From: the human T2T-CHM13v2.0 reference genome, Homo sapiens
Length of the DNA stretch: 64,000 bases
Assembly: GCF_009914755.1 (NCBI RefSeq)
Contig: NC_060945.1
Strand: one strand, 5' to 3'
The position numbers were made by a program, and so were the translations under genes. Each line of letters starts with the position of its first letter. Position 1 is the stretch's first letter. Under the pieces are notes generated by a model. The model was not told the origin of the DNA and did not search any database. It was given only the letters and a program-made list of their open reading frames with translations. Below, one piece after another: positions 1 through 11,310 of this stretch.

Positions 1-1039
1 CTGCCCATACAACAGCAGCCAATGGGAGGACGAGAGCAGAAAGTAGAGGCAGTTTCCCCTTTTCCCGTGACAGAGCCTCACTGGGCCCAGACAATAGCAC
101 TTCCTCTCTCCTTCCTTGAAACCTGGGGGTGGGAACAACTTCCCCCTATTGCTGTCATCTGGGAGCCTCCCCTTCCCTTGTCTGGGCCCTTATCCCTGCC
201 CACAGCTCAGGAAACTTCTGTCATCAAAGGCTCTTCCTCTGCACAATTTGGGATGAACTGTTTCTTAGTGTATTCTTATCCCATACATTGAGCAACTCTC
301 CTTTTATGTGTATATAATTTAGGAAACTTTTGTGTAAGTACAAAATGTGTGTGTACATATTTTTCTTTTCTCCCTTTTATTTATTTAAACAATGTTAAAA
401 CAATCTGTCCCTCTTAATTTTACATTTTCCTCAGGTGCTGAAATAACAACTAAAAGTTGCTTGTATCTGCATTGTGGTTTCTGTGTGTTTGCCATCAGGG
501 GAAAACTTCTTTGAATAAAATTTACATAAATTTAAACAACAAACACTATCTTAAACATCATAACAAAGGTTTTATTTTTTTTAATTTTTAATTTAAATTG
601 AATTTAATTATTTATATAATTTATAAATTTTATATATATTTATTAATATATTTATATATTTTTATTTCCATAGGTTATTTCCATAGGTTTTTTTTTATTT
701 CCATAGATTATTGGGCAACAGATGGTATTTGGTTACATGAGTAAGTTCTTTAGTGGTAATTTGTGAGATTTTGGTGCGCCCATTGCCCGAGCACCCAATT
801 TGTGGTCTTTTATCCCTCACCCCTTCCCACCCTTTCCCCCCAATTCCCCAAAGTCCATTGTGTCATTCTTACGCCTTCACATCCTCACAACTTAGCTCCC
901 ACTTATGAGTGAAACATACGATGTTTGGTTTTCCATTCCTGAGCTCCTTCACTTAGAATAATAGTCTCCAATCTCATCCAGGTCATTGTGAATACCATTA
1001 ATTATTATACACAAACACACACACACATATACATATATC

Positions 1040-4000
1040 ACAGTTTCTTTATTCACCCATTGATTTATGAGCATTTGGGTTGGGGTTCCACATTTTTGCA
1101 ATTGCGAATTGTGCTGCTATACACATGCATGTGCAAGTATCTTTTTCATATAATAACTTATTTTCCTGCGGGTAGATACCCAGTGTGGGATTGCTGGATC
1201 GAATGATAGTTCTACTCTTAGTTCTTTAAGAAATCTCCACACTGTTTTCTATAGTAGTTGTACTAGTTTACATTCCCACCAGCAATGTAGAAGTGTTCCC
1301 TGTTCACCACATCCATGCCAACATCTATTATTTTTTGATATTTTGATTATGGTCATTCTTGCAGGAGTAAGGTGGTATAACATTGTGGTTTTGATTTGCA
1401 TTGCCCTGACCATTAGTAATGTTGAGAATTTTTCCATATGTTTGTTGGCCATTTGTACATCTTCTTTTGAGAATTGTCTATTCATGTCCTTAGCCCACTT
1501 TTTGATGAGATTGTGTTTTTTTCTTGATAATTTGTTTGAGTTCATGGTACATTTTAGATATTAGTCCTTTGTCATATGTATAGATTATGAAGATTTTTCT
1601 CCCACTCTGTGGGTTGTCTGTTTACTCTACTGTCTGTTCCTTTTGTGTACAAAAGCTCTTTAGTTTAATTAAGTCCCAGCTGTTTATCTTTGTTTTTATT
1701 GCATTTGCTTTTGGGTTCTCGATCATGAAATCCTTGCCTAAGCCAATGTCTAGATGGGGTTTTCCAATACCATCTTCCAGAATTTTTATAGTTTCAGGTC
1801 TTAGATTTAAGTCCTTGATCCATCTTGAGCTGATTTTTGTATAAGATGAGAGATGAGGATCCAGTTTGATCCAGTTTCATTATCCTACATGCAGCTAGCC
1901 AGTTATCCCAGCACCATTTGTTAAATAAAGTGTCTTTTCCCCGCTTTATGTTTTTGTTTCCTTTGTTGAAGATTAGTTGGCTGTAAGTATTTGGGTTTAT
2001 TTCTGGTTTCTCTATTCTGTTCCATTGCTCTATGTGCCTATTTTTATACCAGTATCATGCTGTTTTGGTGACTATGACCTTACACTATGTTTTGAAATCA
2101 GGTAATGTGATGCCTCCAGATTTATTCTTTTTGCTTAGTCTTGCTTTGGCTATGTGGGCTCTTTTTTGGTTCCATATTAATTTTAGGGTTTTTTTTTGTA
2201 ATTCTTTGAAGAATGATGGTGGTATTTTGATGGGAATTGTGTTAAATTTGTAGATTGCTTTTGGCAGTATGGTCATTTTTCCAATATTGATTCTACTCAT
2301 CCATGAGCATTAGATGTGTTTCCATTTGTTTATGTCATCTATGATTTTTTTCAGCAGTATTTTGTAGTTTCCCTTGTAGAAGTCTTTTACCTCCTTGGGT
2401 AGGTATATTCCTAAGTATTTTACTTTTTTGCAGCTATTGTAAAAGGGGTTGAGTTCTTGATTTTATTCTCATCTTGGTTACTGTTGGTGTATAGAAGACC
2501 TACTGATTTCTGTACATTAATTTTGTATCTGGAAACTTTGCTGAATGCTTTTGTCAGTTCTAGGAGCATTCTGGAGGAGTCTTTAGAGTTTTCTAGGTAA
2601 ACAATCATATCATAAGCAAACAGCAACAGTTTGACTTCCTCCTTCCTCTTTACCCATTTGGATGCCCTTTATTTCTTTCTCTTGTCTAATTGCTCTGTCT
2701 AGAACTTCCAGTACTATGTTGAAGAGGAGTGAGAGTGAGCATCCTTGTCTTGTTCCAGTTCTCAGAGGGAATGCTTTCAACTTTTTCCCTTTCAGTATTA
2801 TGTTAATTGTGGGTTTGTCAGAGATGGCTTTTATTACATTGAGGTATGTCCCTTGTATGCCAATTTTTCTGAGAGTTTTAATCATAAAAAGATGTTGGAT
2901 TTTGTCTAATGCTTTTTCTGCATGTATTAAGATAATCATGTGATTTTTGTTTTTGATTCTGTTTATGTGATGTTCACATTTATTGACTTGCATATGTTAA
3001 ACCATCCCTACATGCCTGGTATACAACCCACTTGATCATGGTGGATTTTTTTTTTTTTTTTGATATGTTGTTGGATTCGGTTCACTAGTATTTTGCTAAG
3101 GATTTTAGCATCTATGTTCATCAGGAATATTGGTCTGTAGTTTTCTTTTTTGGTTATGTCCTTTCCTGGTTTTGGTAATAGGGTGATATCAGCTTCATAG
3201 AATAATTTAGGGAGGGTTTCCTCTTTCTCTATATTGTGGAATAGTGTCAATAAGATTGGTACCAATTCTTTGAATGTCTGGTAGAATTCTGCTATGAATC
3301 CATCAGTCCTGGACTTTTTGTTTTTGGTAATTTTTAAATTACCATTTCAATTTCACTGCTTGTTATTGGTCTCTTCAAGGTATCTAATTATTCCTGATTT
3401 AAGCTAGGAAGGTTGTATCTTTCCAGGAATTTATCCATCTCCTCTAAGTTTTCTAGTTTATGTGTATAAAGGTGTTCATAGTAGCCTTGAATGATCTTTT
3501 GTATTTCTGTGGTGTCAGCTGTAATATCTCCCATTTCATTTCTAATTGGGTTTATTTGGATTTTCTCTCTTCTTTTCTTGGTTGATCTTGCTAATGGTCT
3601 ATCAATTTTATTTTATCTTTTCAAAAAACCAGCTTTTTGTTTCATTTATCTTTTCTATTTTGTGTTTGTTTGTTTGTTTCAATTCTATTTAGTTCTGCTC
3701 TGGTCTTGGTTATTTCCTTTCCTCTGCTGGGTTTGGGTTTGATTTGTTCTTATTTCCCTAGTTCCTTGAGATGTGACCAGATTGTTTGTTTGTGCTCTTT
3801 CAGACTTTTTGATGCAGGCATTTGGGGCTATGAACTTTCCTCTTAGCACTGCCTTTGCTGTATCCCAGAGGCTTTAGTAGGTTGTGTCACTATTGTCATT
3901 CAGTTAGAAGACTTTTTAAATTTCCACCTTGATTTCATTTTTGACCCAATGGTCACTCAGGAGCAGATTATTTAATTTCCATGTATTTGCATGGTTTTGA

Positions 4001-4690
4001 AGGTTCCTTTTGGAGTTGATTTCCAGTTTTATTCCACTGTGGTCTGAGAGAGTGATTGATATAATTTCAATTATCTTATATTTATTAAGGCCCATTTTGT
4101 GGCCTATCATATGGTCCATCTTGGAGAAGATTCCATGCGCTGTTAAATATAATATATATCCTGCAGTTGTTGGGTAGAATATTCTGTAAATAATCATTGT
4201 TTATTTGCTGACCTTCTGTCTTGGTGACCTGTCTAGTGCTGTCAGTGGAATATTGAAGTCCCCTACTATTATTGTGTTGCTGTCTATATCATTTCTTAGG
4301 TCTATTAGTAATTGTTTTATAAATTTGGGAGCTCCAGTGTTAGGTGCATATATATTTAGAACTGTGATATTTTTCTGTTGGACAAGGTCTTTTACCATTA
4401 TATAATATCCCTCTTTGTCTTTTTTAACTGCTGTTGCTTTAAAGTTTGTTTTGTCTGACATAAGAATAGCTACTCCTGCTTGCCTTTGGTGCCCATTTGC
4501 ATGGAATGTCTTTTTCCACCCCTTTAACTTAAGTTTATGTGAGTCCTATGTGTTAGGTGTATCTCTTGAAGGCAGCAGATGGTTGGTGAATTCTTATCCA
4601 TTCTGCAATTCTGTATCTTATAAGTGGAGCATTTAGGCCATTTACATTTAACGTTAGTATTGAGATGTGTGGTACCATTCCATTCATCAG
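1040..4690 (-). pseudogene. L1 ORF2 remnant (endonuclease, reverse transcriptase, C-terminal domain) with many stops and frameshifts
   Basis: ORF-track fragments 1249-1545, 2085-2300, 2420-2626, 2610-2993, 3008-3265, 3916-4197 and 4201-4461 are collinear pieces of L1 ORF2p. Ends are approximate. Confidence 0.9.
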
Positions 4691-5044
4691 GTTGTTTGTT
4701 GCATGCATAACTTGGTTTTCTGTGTATGTGTTTTTTTTAATTGTATTTTTGTTTCATAGGTCCTTTGAGATTTACGCTTTAAGAAAGTTCTGTTTTGATG
4801 TGTTTCCAAGATTTGTTTCAAGATTTAGAGCTCCTTTGAACAGTTCTTGTAGTGCTAGCTTGATAGTGGCAAATTCTCTCAGCATTTGTTTGTCTGAAAA
4901 AGACTGTATCTTTCCTTCATTTATGAAGCTTAGTTTCACTAGATACAAAATTCCTGGCTGATAATTGTTTTGTTTGAGGAGGCTGAAGATAGGGCCCCAA
5001 TCCCTTCTAGCTTGTAGGGTTTCTGCTGAGAAATCTGCTGTTAA

Positions 5045-5513
5045 TGTGATCGTTAATACAGAGTGACAACTTGATTGGGTTGAAGGATGCAAAGTTTTGA
5101 TCCTGGGTGTGTCTGTGAGGGTGTTGCCAAAGGAGATTAACATTTGAGTTAGTGGGCTGGGAAAGGTAGACCCACCCTTAATCTGGATGAGTACCATCTA
5201 ATCAGCTGCCAGTGCAGCTAGAATATAAAGCAGACAGAAAAACATAAAAAGCCTCCACTGGCTTAGCCTCCCAGCCTCCATCTTTCTCCTGTGCTGGATG
5301 CTTCCTGCCCTGGAACATCAGACTCCAAGTTCTTCAGCTTTGGGACTAGGACTGGCTTCCTTGCTCCTCAGCTTATAGATGGCTATTGTGGAACCTTGTG
5401 ATTGTGTGAGTTAATGTTACTGAATAAATTCCCATACTCATATATATCTATATATCTATATCTATATCTATCTGTCTATCATCTATCTATCTAGCTAGCT
5501 AGCTAGCTATCTG

Positions 5514-5558
<45 letters not shown>

Positions 5559-5784
5559 GTAGCTAGCTAGCTAGCTAGCTGTCTATCTATCTATCTATGT
5601 AGCTAGCTAGCTAGCTAGCTGTCTATCTATCTAGCTAGCTAGCTAGCTAGCTAGCTAGCTATCTAGCTATCTATCTAGCTATCTATCTAGCTATCTAGCT
5701 ATCTATCTATCTATCTAGCTATCTAGCTATCTATCTATCTATCTCCTATTAGTTCTGTCCCTCTAGAGAACCCTGACTAATGCA
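5045..5784 (+). mobile_element. MLT2A1/MLT2A2 (HERV-L) solo LTR nested in L1 ORF1
   Basis: Starts TGTGATCGTTAATACAGAGTGACAACTTGATTGGGTTGAAGGATGCAAAG and ends CCTATTAGTTCTGTCCCTCTAGAGAACCCTGACTAATGCA, both characteristic MLT2A termini. Confidence 0.92.
5440..5743. repeat. Compound (TATC)n/(TAGC)n tetranucleotide microsatellite inside MLT2A
   Basis: Directly visible interleaved TATC and TAGC arrays, about 300 bp. Confidence 0.97.
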
Positions 5785-8149
5785 ATAGGTTACCTGGTAT
5801 TTGTGCCTCACAGCTCTTAAGATTCTTTCCTTCATCTTAACTTTAGATAACATGTTGACAATGTGACTAGGTGATGATCTTTTTGTGATTAATTTCTTAG
5901 GTGTTCTTTCAGCTTCTTGTATTTGGATGTCTAGGTCTCTAGCAAGGCCAGGGAAGTTTTTCTTGATTATTCCCCCAAATATATTTTCCAAACTTTTAGA
6001 TTTATATTCTTCCTCAGGAATGCCAATTATTCTTAGATTTGGTTGTTTTACATAATCCTAGACTTCTTGGAGGCGTCATTCATATTTTCTTATTCTTTTT
6101 TCTTTGTCTTTGTTGGATTGGGTAAATTTGAAAACTTTGTGTTCAAGCTCTGAAGTTCTTTCTTCTGCTTGATTCTATTGCTGAGACTTTCCAGAGCATT
6201 TTGCATTTCTATAAGTGTGTCCATTGTTTCCTGAAATTTTGATTGTTTTTTATTTATGCTATCTATTTCATTGAATATTTCTCCCTTCTCGTATCTTTTT
6301 TTTTTCCTTGCATTGGATTTTTCTTTTGTCTGGTGCCTCCCTGATTAGCTTAATAACTAACTAATCTTTTGGATTCTTTTTCAGGTAAATCAGGGATTTC
6401 TTCTTGGTTTGGATGCATTGCTGGTGAGCTAGTGTGATTTTTTGGGGTTGTTAAAAAACCTTGTTCTGTCATATTACCAGAGATGGCTTTCTCTGGTTCC
6501 TTCTCATTTGGGTAGGCTCTGTCAGAGGGAAGGTCTGGGGCTCAAGGCTGTTGTTCAGGTTCTTTTGTCCCACGGGGTGTTTCCTTGATGTAATACTCTC
6601 CCTATTTTCCTAGGGATGTGGCTTCCTGAGGGCCAAGCTGTAGTGATTGTTATCTCTCTTCTGGATCTAGCCACCCAGCAAGTCTACCAGGCTCCGGATT
6701 GGTACTGGGGATTGTCTGCACAGAATCCTGTGATGTGAACAATCTGTGGGTCTCTCAGTCATGGATACTAGCACCTGCTCCACAGTGGAGGTAGCAGAGG
6801 GGTGAAATGGACTCTGTGAAGGTTCTTAGCTGTGATTAATCCACTATTTTGGTGCTGGTTGGCCTCCTGCTGGGAGGTGACACTTTTCAGAGATCATCAG
6901 CTGTGGTAGTATGGAGAGGAACAGGCAGTGGGCAGGGCCCTAGAACTCCCAGGAGTATATGCCTTTTGTCTTCAGTTACCAGCATGGGTAGGGAAGAACC
7001 ATTAGGTGGGGGCAGGGCTAGGCATGTCTGAGCTCAGACTCTCCTTGGGCAAGGCTTGCTGTGGCTGCTGTGGGGTATGGGGGAGTGGTTCCCAGGTCAA
7101 TGGAGTTATGTTCCTGGGAGGATTATGGCTGCCTCTTCTGTGTCACGCAGGTTTTTAGGAAAGTGGGGGAAAGCCAACAGTCACAGGCCTCACCCAGCTC
7201 CCATGCACCCCAAAGGGCCAGTCTCACTCCCACCATGCCTCCCCGCAACAGCACTGAGTCTGTTTCCAGGCAGCGGGCGAGCAGGGCTGAGAACTTGCCC
7301 CAGGCTACCCACCTCCCAGCTGCAAAAGCAAGTGGGGCTTTCGTTCTTCCCCCACCGGTGGAGTCTGCACACTGGTTTCATGCCCTCCCCTGAATCTGGC
7401 CAGGAGACTTCTCATTCCGTTGGAATTGTTACAAAGTTCAGCTGGAGGTTTCCTTCTCCCTGTGGTCTTTTGCCAGTGCCTCTGGCAGCCCTCCTCAAGG
7501 ACCCCTGTGAGGCAAGGCAGAAATGGCTTGCTAGGGGATCTAGTGAGTCCACAGAGCTTTTCCTGCTGCTTCCTCTACCCCTGTATTTCGCTTGGCTGCC
7601 TAAATTGACTCACCTACAGGTAAGGTCAGAATCTTCTCCCATAATCTAGACCTTCAGGCTCCCCAGTGGGGGTCTGTGTTTGGGGGTGGACGATCTCCCT
7701 TTTTCACTTCCACAGTTTGGGCACTCACAGTATTTGGGGTGTCTCCTGGGTCCTGCAGGAGCAATTTGTTTTCTTCAGAGGTTCTGTGGGTTCTCTTGGC
7801 TTTCCTAATGTATTCCTGCGGTCATTGTGGAGCAAAAGTTCACAATTCAAGCCTCCACAGGCTGCTCTGTCCATCCGAGTGGGAGCTGCAATCTAGTCCT
7901 GTCTCCCGTCCACCATGATCTCCCCGATAACAAAGGTTTTAAAAATGATAAAACAGAAAACAAATTATTGCAAAATGTCAGCTCCTGTAAATAAATCTAT
8001 GAATCGAGGGCTAAATTCATAAAACAAATTTTAAAAGTTTGAGTGGTGGTTTTGTTGAAGATTTTTTATTGTTGTATAAAACCAGTCGAAATTTCTTCAG
8101 GTAAATATTAAGTTACTTATGCAAATTTCTAATAACAGTTCATAGCATA

Positions 8150-9950
8150 CAGAAAATGGCCTTTATTGCTTCAGATATCTCTGTGTTAAACTTCAATTAT
8201 GGCTTCAGTAATAGTGAATCTTTCCTTTAAATTAAAACACAATATTTATACTATATAATTCTAGGGGGGGTCCAAAGACATGGAAATAAAATAGTCATAA
8301 GAATTGAATGAAATAAAATTTTCCTTGAAAAACAGAAACAGAAATTATAATGCTATATCTATTTGAATAAGAGCAGCTAAATAACAGTAGCTAAACTAAA
8401 AAGAGATAAATCAAGATAACTTTAAAGAGATAGCCCAGGCTGCTGTGTCTCACTGTGACTGTGGGTGTTGAGGGCCCTGCTGCTGGGAGAGCTGAGTGAA
8501 ACCTGCTGGCCCTGAATCCCTAAGCCTCACAGCACCTCACTTCTCCTTGCTGGGAACCTGATGACTCAGGGGACCCCTGGTCCTTGTGGGCCTCTGTTGG
8601 CTGTACCTGAAGCAGCAGGAGCAAAGAACCCCTAGTAAAAGGCAGGAACTTGAACTCCATGTCAGCCAGGATCTGCCTACTGCAATCATCTTCTTTTCTT
8701 AGCTCCCGGAGCTTTCTCTCAGTGGACAGAACTGCCCTCCAGCTTTCCTGAGCTCTTTCCACACAGGCAAGAATCTCCTTCTGATAGAAGGAAGTGATTC
8801 TTTCCAATTCTTTGCTGATATTTTCAGCCATCTCCTTGTAGAGGCTGTGAATCTGCTGTGTGTATTCACATTTCTACACACGCTCAGAAGTTTCTTCTTC
8901 ATTTCTAACCTGTGTGTTTCCACCGCAGGTGATCTTCTCTGAAGTTGCGCTATGTGTTCTTGATGTGATTCAGGTAGGATTTGAAGCTTCAGCTGCAGGT
9001 TCTGGATCCCACCTGCAAGTTGGGAATTTTCAAACTGCAAAGACGCTTTCTCAGTTTGGAGATCTTTGATTTGTCCTGTGAGCTCTTCATTCATTGATTT
9101 TTTTTCCCACAATTGTCAAGCTATTTCTTGATTTTTCTTGACTTTCACAGAACACATTTAAGTCACCATCACCCAGGACGCTCTTCAGATGGCCTTCTGA
9201 CTGATAGTTGGGCGGGAGGGGCTGGGGCAGGCAGTCTTCATTTTCTGCTTTCCTCTTTAGCTGTACTTTCGAGTCCTCGTCACTGTGGTCCCTAGAGAAA
9301 TCTCCCAACTGCATGGTGTCCAGCAGGTTTTCAGCCATAGATTTTAATTGGCTCATGGTATCTTTCATGACCTGTTTTATTTGTGCATTCAAAGGTTTCC
9401 AGCTTTTCTTTCTCTCCTTCCTTTCCTGTACTGTCTGCTTCCATCTTGCAATTTCTTGGTCGAGCACTTCTGGACTTTCTGCTAAATGAGTGTTTTCATT
9501 CAAACTGTTATTTCCTTCTGAAGTTTTTCTCCATCCTTCTTTGATCCTTTTAAGATGTGTCCTGAATCAGTCACTTGAGAACATTTAGGAGACTCACTTT
9601 TCCATGCTTTTTCCAGAAAGCCGCCTGTGTCCTGCAGGGAAGACCTGCTCAGATTTGTATTAATGATTGACAAGCAGGGGGATTGTAATATTTAAGGTCT
9701 GTGGCAACTTGAGGGCTTCCTGGGTCTGTGTCTTTAGCCCAGTGTTCTGCCTGCCTTCTACATGGACCTCCTGAAGAGAACACCTTTTGTTCAGCTCTTT
9801 TCCTCTTCATAAAGTGCCTTGTTTCTTAATAATTAAGACCACACAGCAGTACAAACCAGGATCTCCCAGGGAGCCCTGGGGTTTATCTCATGATCTCAGC
9901 CTTCACCAGCTCTGTAGCCCCAGCAGCTCCAGAGCAGCTGGAGAGACATT
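8150..9950 (-). pseudogene. Intronless cTAGE/MIA2(CTAGE5)-family retro-pseudogene, copy 1
   Basis: Minus-strand peptides: PWEILVCTAV at 9842-9871 (cf. cTAGE5 PWELVICAAV), EELTGQIKDLQTEKASLQFENSQL (cf. [24 protein letters not shown]) and KELERITSFYQKEILACVERAQESW...RKLRELRKE...RQILADMEFKF (cf. [25 protein letters not shown]...RNLNDLRKE...RQKLTETELKF). No introns, several frameshifts, and a minus-strand AATAAA at 8162-8167. Confidence 0.88.
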
Positions 9951-11310
9951 TGGGGACCAGCAGCCCCTCTGTGGCTCTGCCTTTGCTTGCCAGTGGCCTG
10001 TGGGCCACAGCTGCCTACTCGGAACCCTGCGGAGCGTTCTGTCTCTAATGCTCACAAGTGCCTGGCAACCAGGATAGAAGATCAGTTGTGCTGGGGGAGG
10101 GGAGCCAGCCAGGTTGTAGAAACAGCATCCCTGACTTTGTTCTGCTAACTGTGCAGAGAGAGGTGATAGTCTCCGCCCAGGCCATGAGGGACCTGGAAAT
10201 GGCTGATGACACGGTGGAGCTCGGCCACACCAGGCCCAGCTGGCCCCACAGCAAACCAGAGGGTCCAAGTGGGTCCATGCCCTGTCCCTTCCTGTCCACA
10301 AGGGCCTCTCAGGGGACAGTGGTGGGGCCCATCCCTGGGTGAGGCTCAGTTTCCTGATTTCAAGTTTCCTTCCGCACAGGGAAGCTGGGTCCTGCCCACC
10401 AAGGTCCCAGGGATCCTCCTCTGAGGCCCCCTCTCTCCTTTGGGTTTAGTCAACGGAGAGGGAGATGGGGAGAGGACTGAAAGGTCTCCCCAAAGGTACA
10501 AGCTGAGAGACCTGGATTTGCAATGTAAGAACCCAGGAGAAATAAGTGGAACTGACGGGGTCTAAAATGTCACGGCTATTCTGTAAAGCAGGTTTGTCCC
10601 TGTTCCATCCAAGTGTCCTGAGTGAGCGGGACTCTGCTTCGAGGGTGTCAGGTTGACCCTGGCTCTTTCCCTTGTGTGGCCCTGCTATCTTTGGTACATG
10701 CCTCCCAAGGTGGCCCTGGGGACAGTCTCCAATCCACTGAGTCATCTTCAGAAGTCTGCATGCATCTGCAGAGGGGCAGGTCCTTCTCAGCCTGGATTCC
10801 ACTAAACCTCTTCCCCGGCAGAGTCAGGCTCAGAGCCTCCTCGTGCAGCCCTGGACTCTGCCGGGAGCAATTAGTCTCAGAATCTCGATCTGAGAGAGAA
10901 GCGAGCGAACTGGCAGCTGGGGCCAGTCTGGGGTCCTAAGGGTGTTGGGGTTCCAGACCCTCACAGGACATAGAGGGGCAGTGGAAGTGGCCCTCCCAGG
11001 AGAAGTCAGATCCCTTGCAGGGCCGCAGGACCCCAACTCTGCAAGGGCAACTGGTTGGTCTTTTAAAAGGATCAAAATGTGTTGAAGAAACGACAGTAAT
11101 GCCTAGAACACCAACCTGGCACTAAAATGAGTGAAACAGAGTTACAACCAGGGACCCGAGGAAGATCCAGGATATTTTGCTGAGTGAAATAGGAAGATGC
11201 AAAAGCACACATGTAGAGAGGAATCCACAAAAATCTCAAAGGACACGTACTCACTCCCTCCTTTGAAAGCAGAATTTGAAGAAGCAAAGAGGAGCTGCTC
11301 CCTGAGCTTC

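Larger units (their letters stand above)
4790..6420 (-). pseudogene. L1 ORF1 remnant, interrupted by an MLT2A LTR
   Basis: Fragments MENIFGGIIKKNFPGLARDLDIQIQEAERTP (5749-5991) and TADFSAETLQARRDWGPIFSLLKQNNYQP (4772-5044) flank the LTR. The 5' end is approximate. Confidence 0.85.
575..7926 (-). mobile_element. Full-length, decayed LINE-1 (L1PB1-like 3' end, L1PBa-like 5' UTR)
   Basis: Perfect 15-bp TSD ATAACAAAGGTTTTA at 560-574 and 7927-7941, with a TT/AAAA endonuclease site on the minus strand. AT-rich decayed tail at 575-700. Minus-strand ORF fragments match L1 ORF2 ([51 protein letters not shown]) and ORF1 (ADFSAETLQARRDWGPIF). The 5' end reads GGGGAGATCATGGTGGACGGGAGACAGGACTAGATTGCAGC. 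Confidence 0.95.

Noticed and set aside
290-360. Possible extension of the duplication homology to 12045-12110
   Set aside because: Only weak AT-rich similarity by eye, not distinguishable from chance without an alignment score.
1343-4961. Hydrophobic plus-strand ORFs resembling membrane proteins
   Set aside because: Antisense readings of A-rich L1 ORF2.
5440-5743. Regularly spaced repeats superficially like a CRISPR array (also 29102-29228 and 50476-51095)
   Set aside because: Eukaryotic context, no unique spacers and no cas genes. These are simple or tandem repeats.
7056-7649. 197-aa plus-strand ORF in the L1 5' UTR (ORF0-like?)
   Set aside because: It starts at a non-ATG codon, shows no similarity I recognise to L1PA ORF0, and GC-rich UTRs often lack stops.
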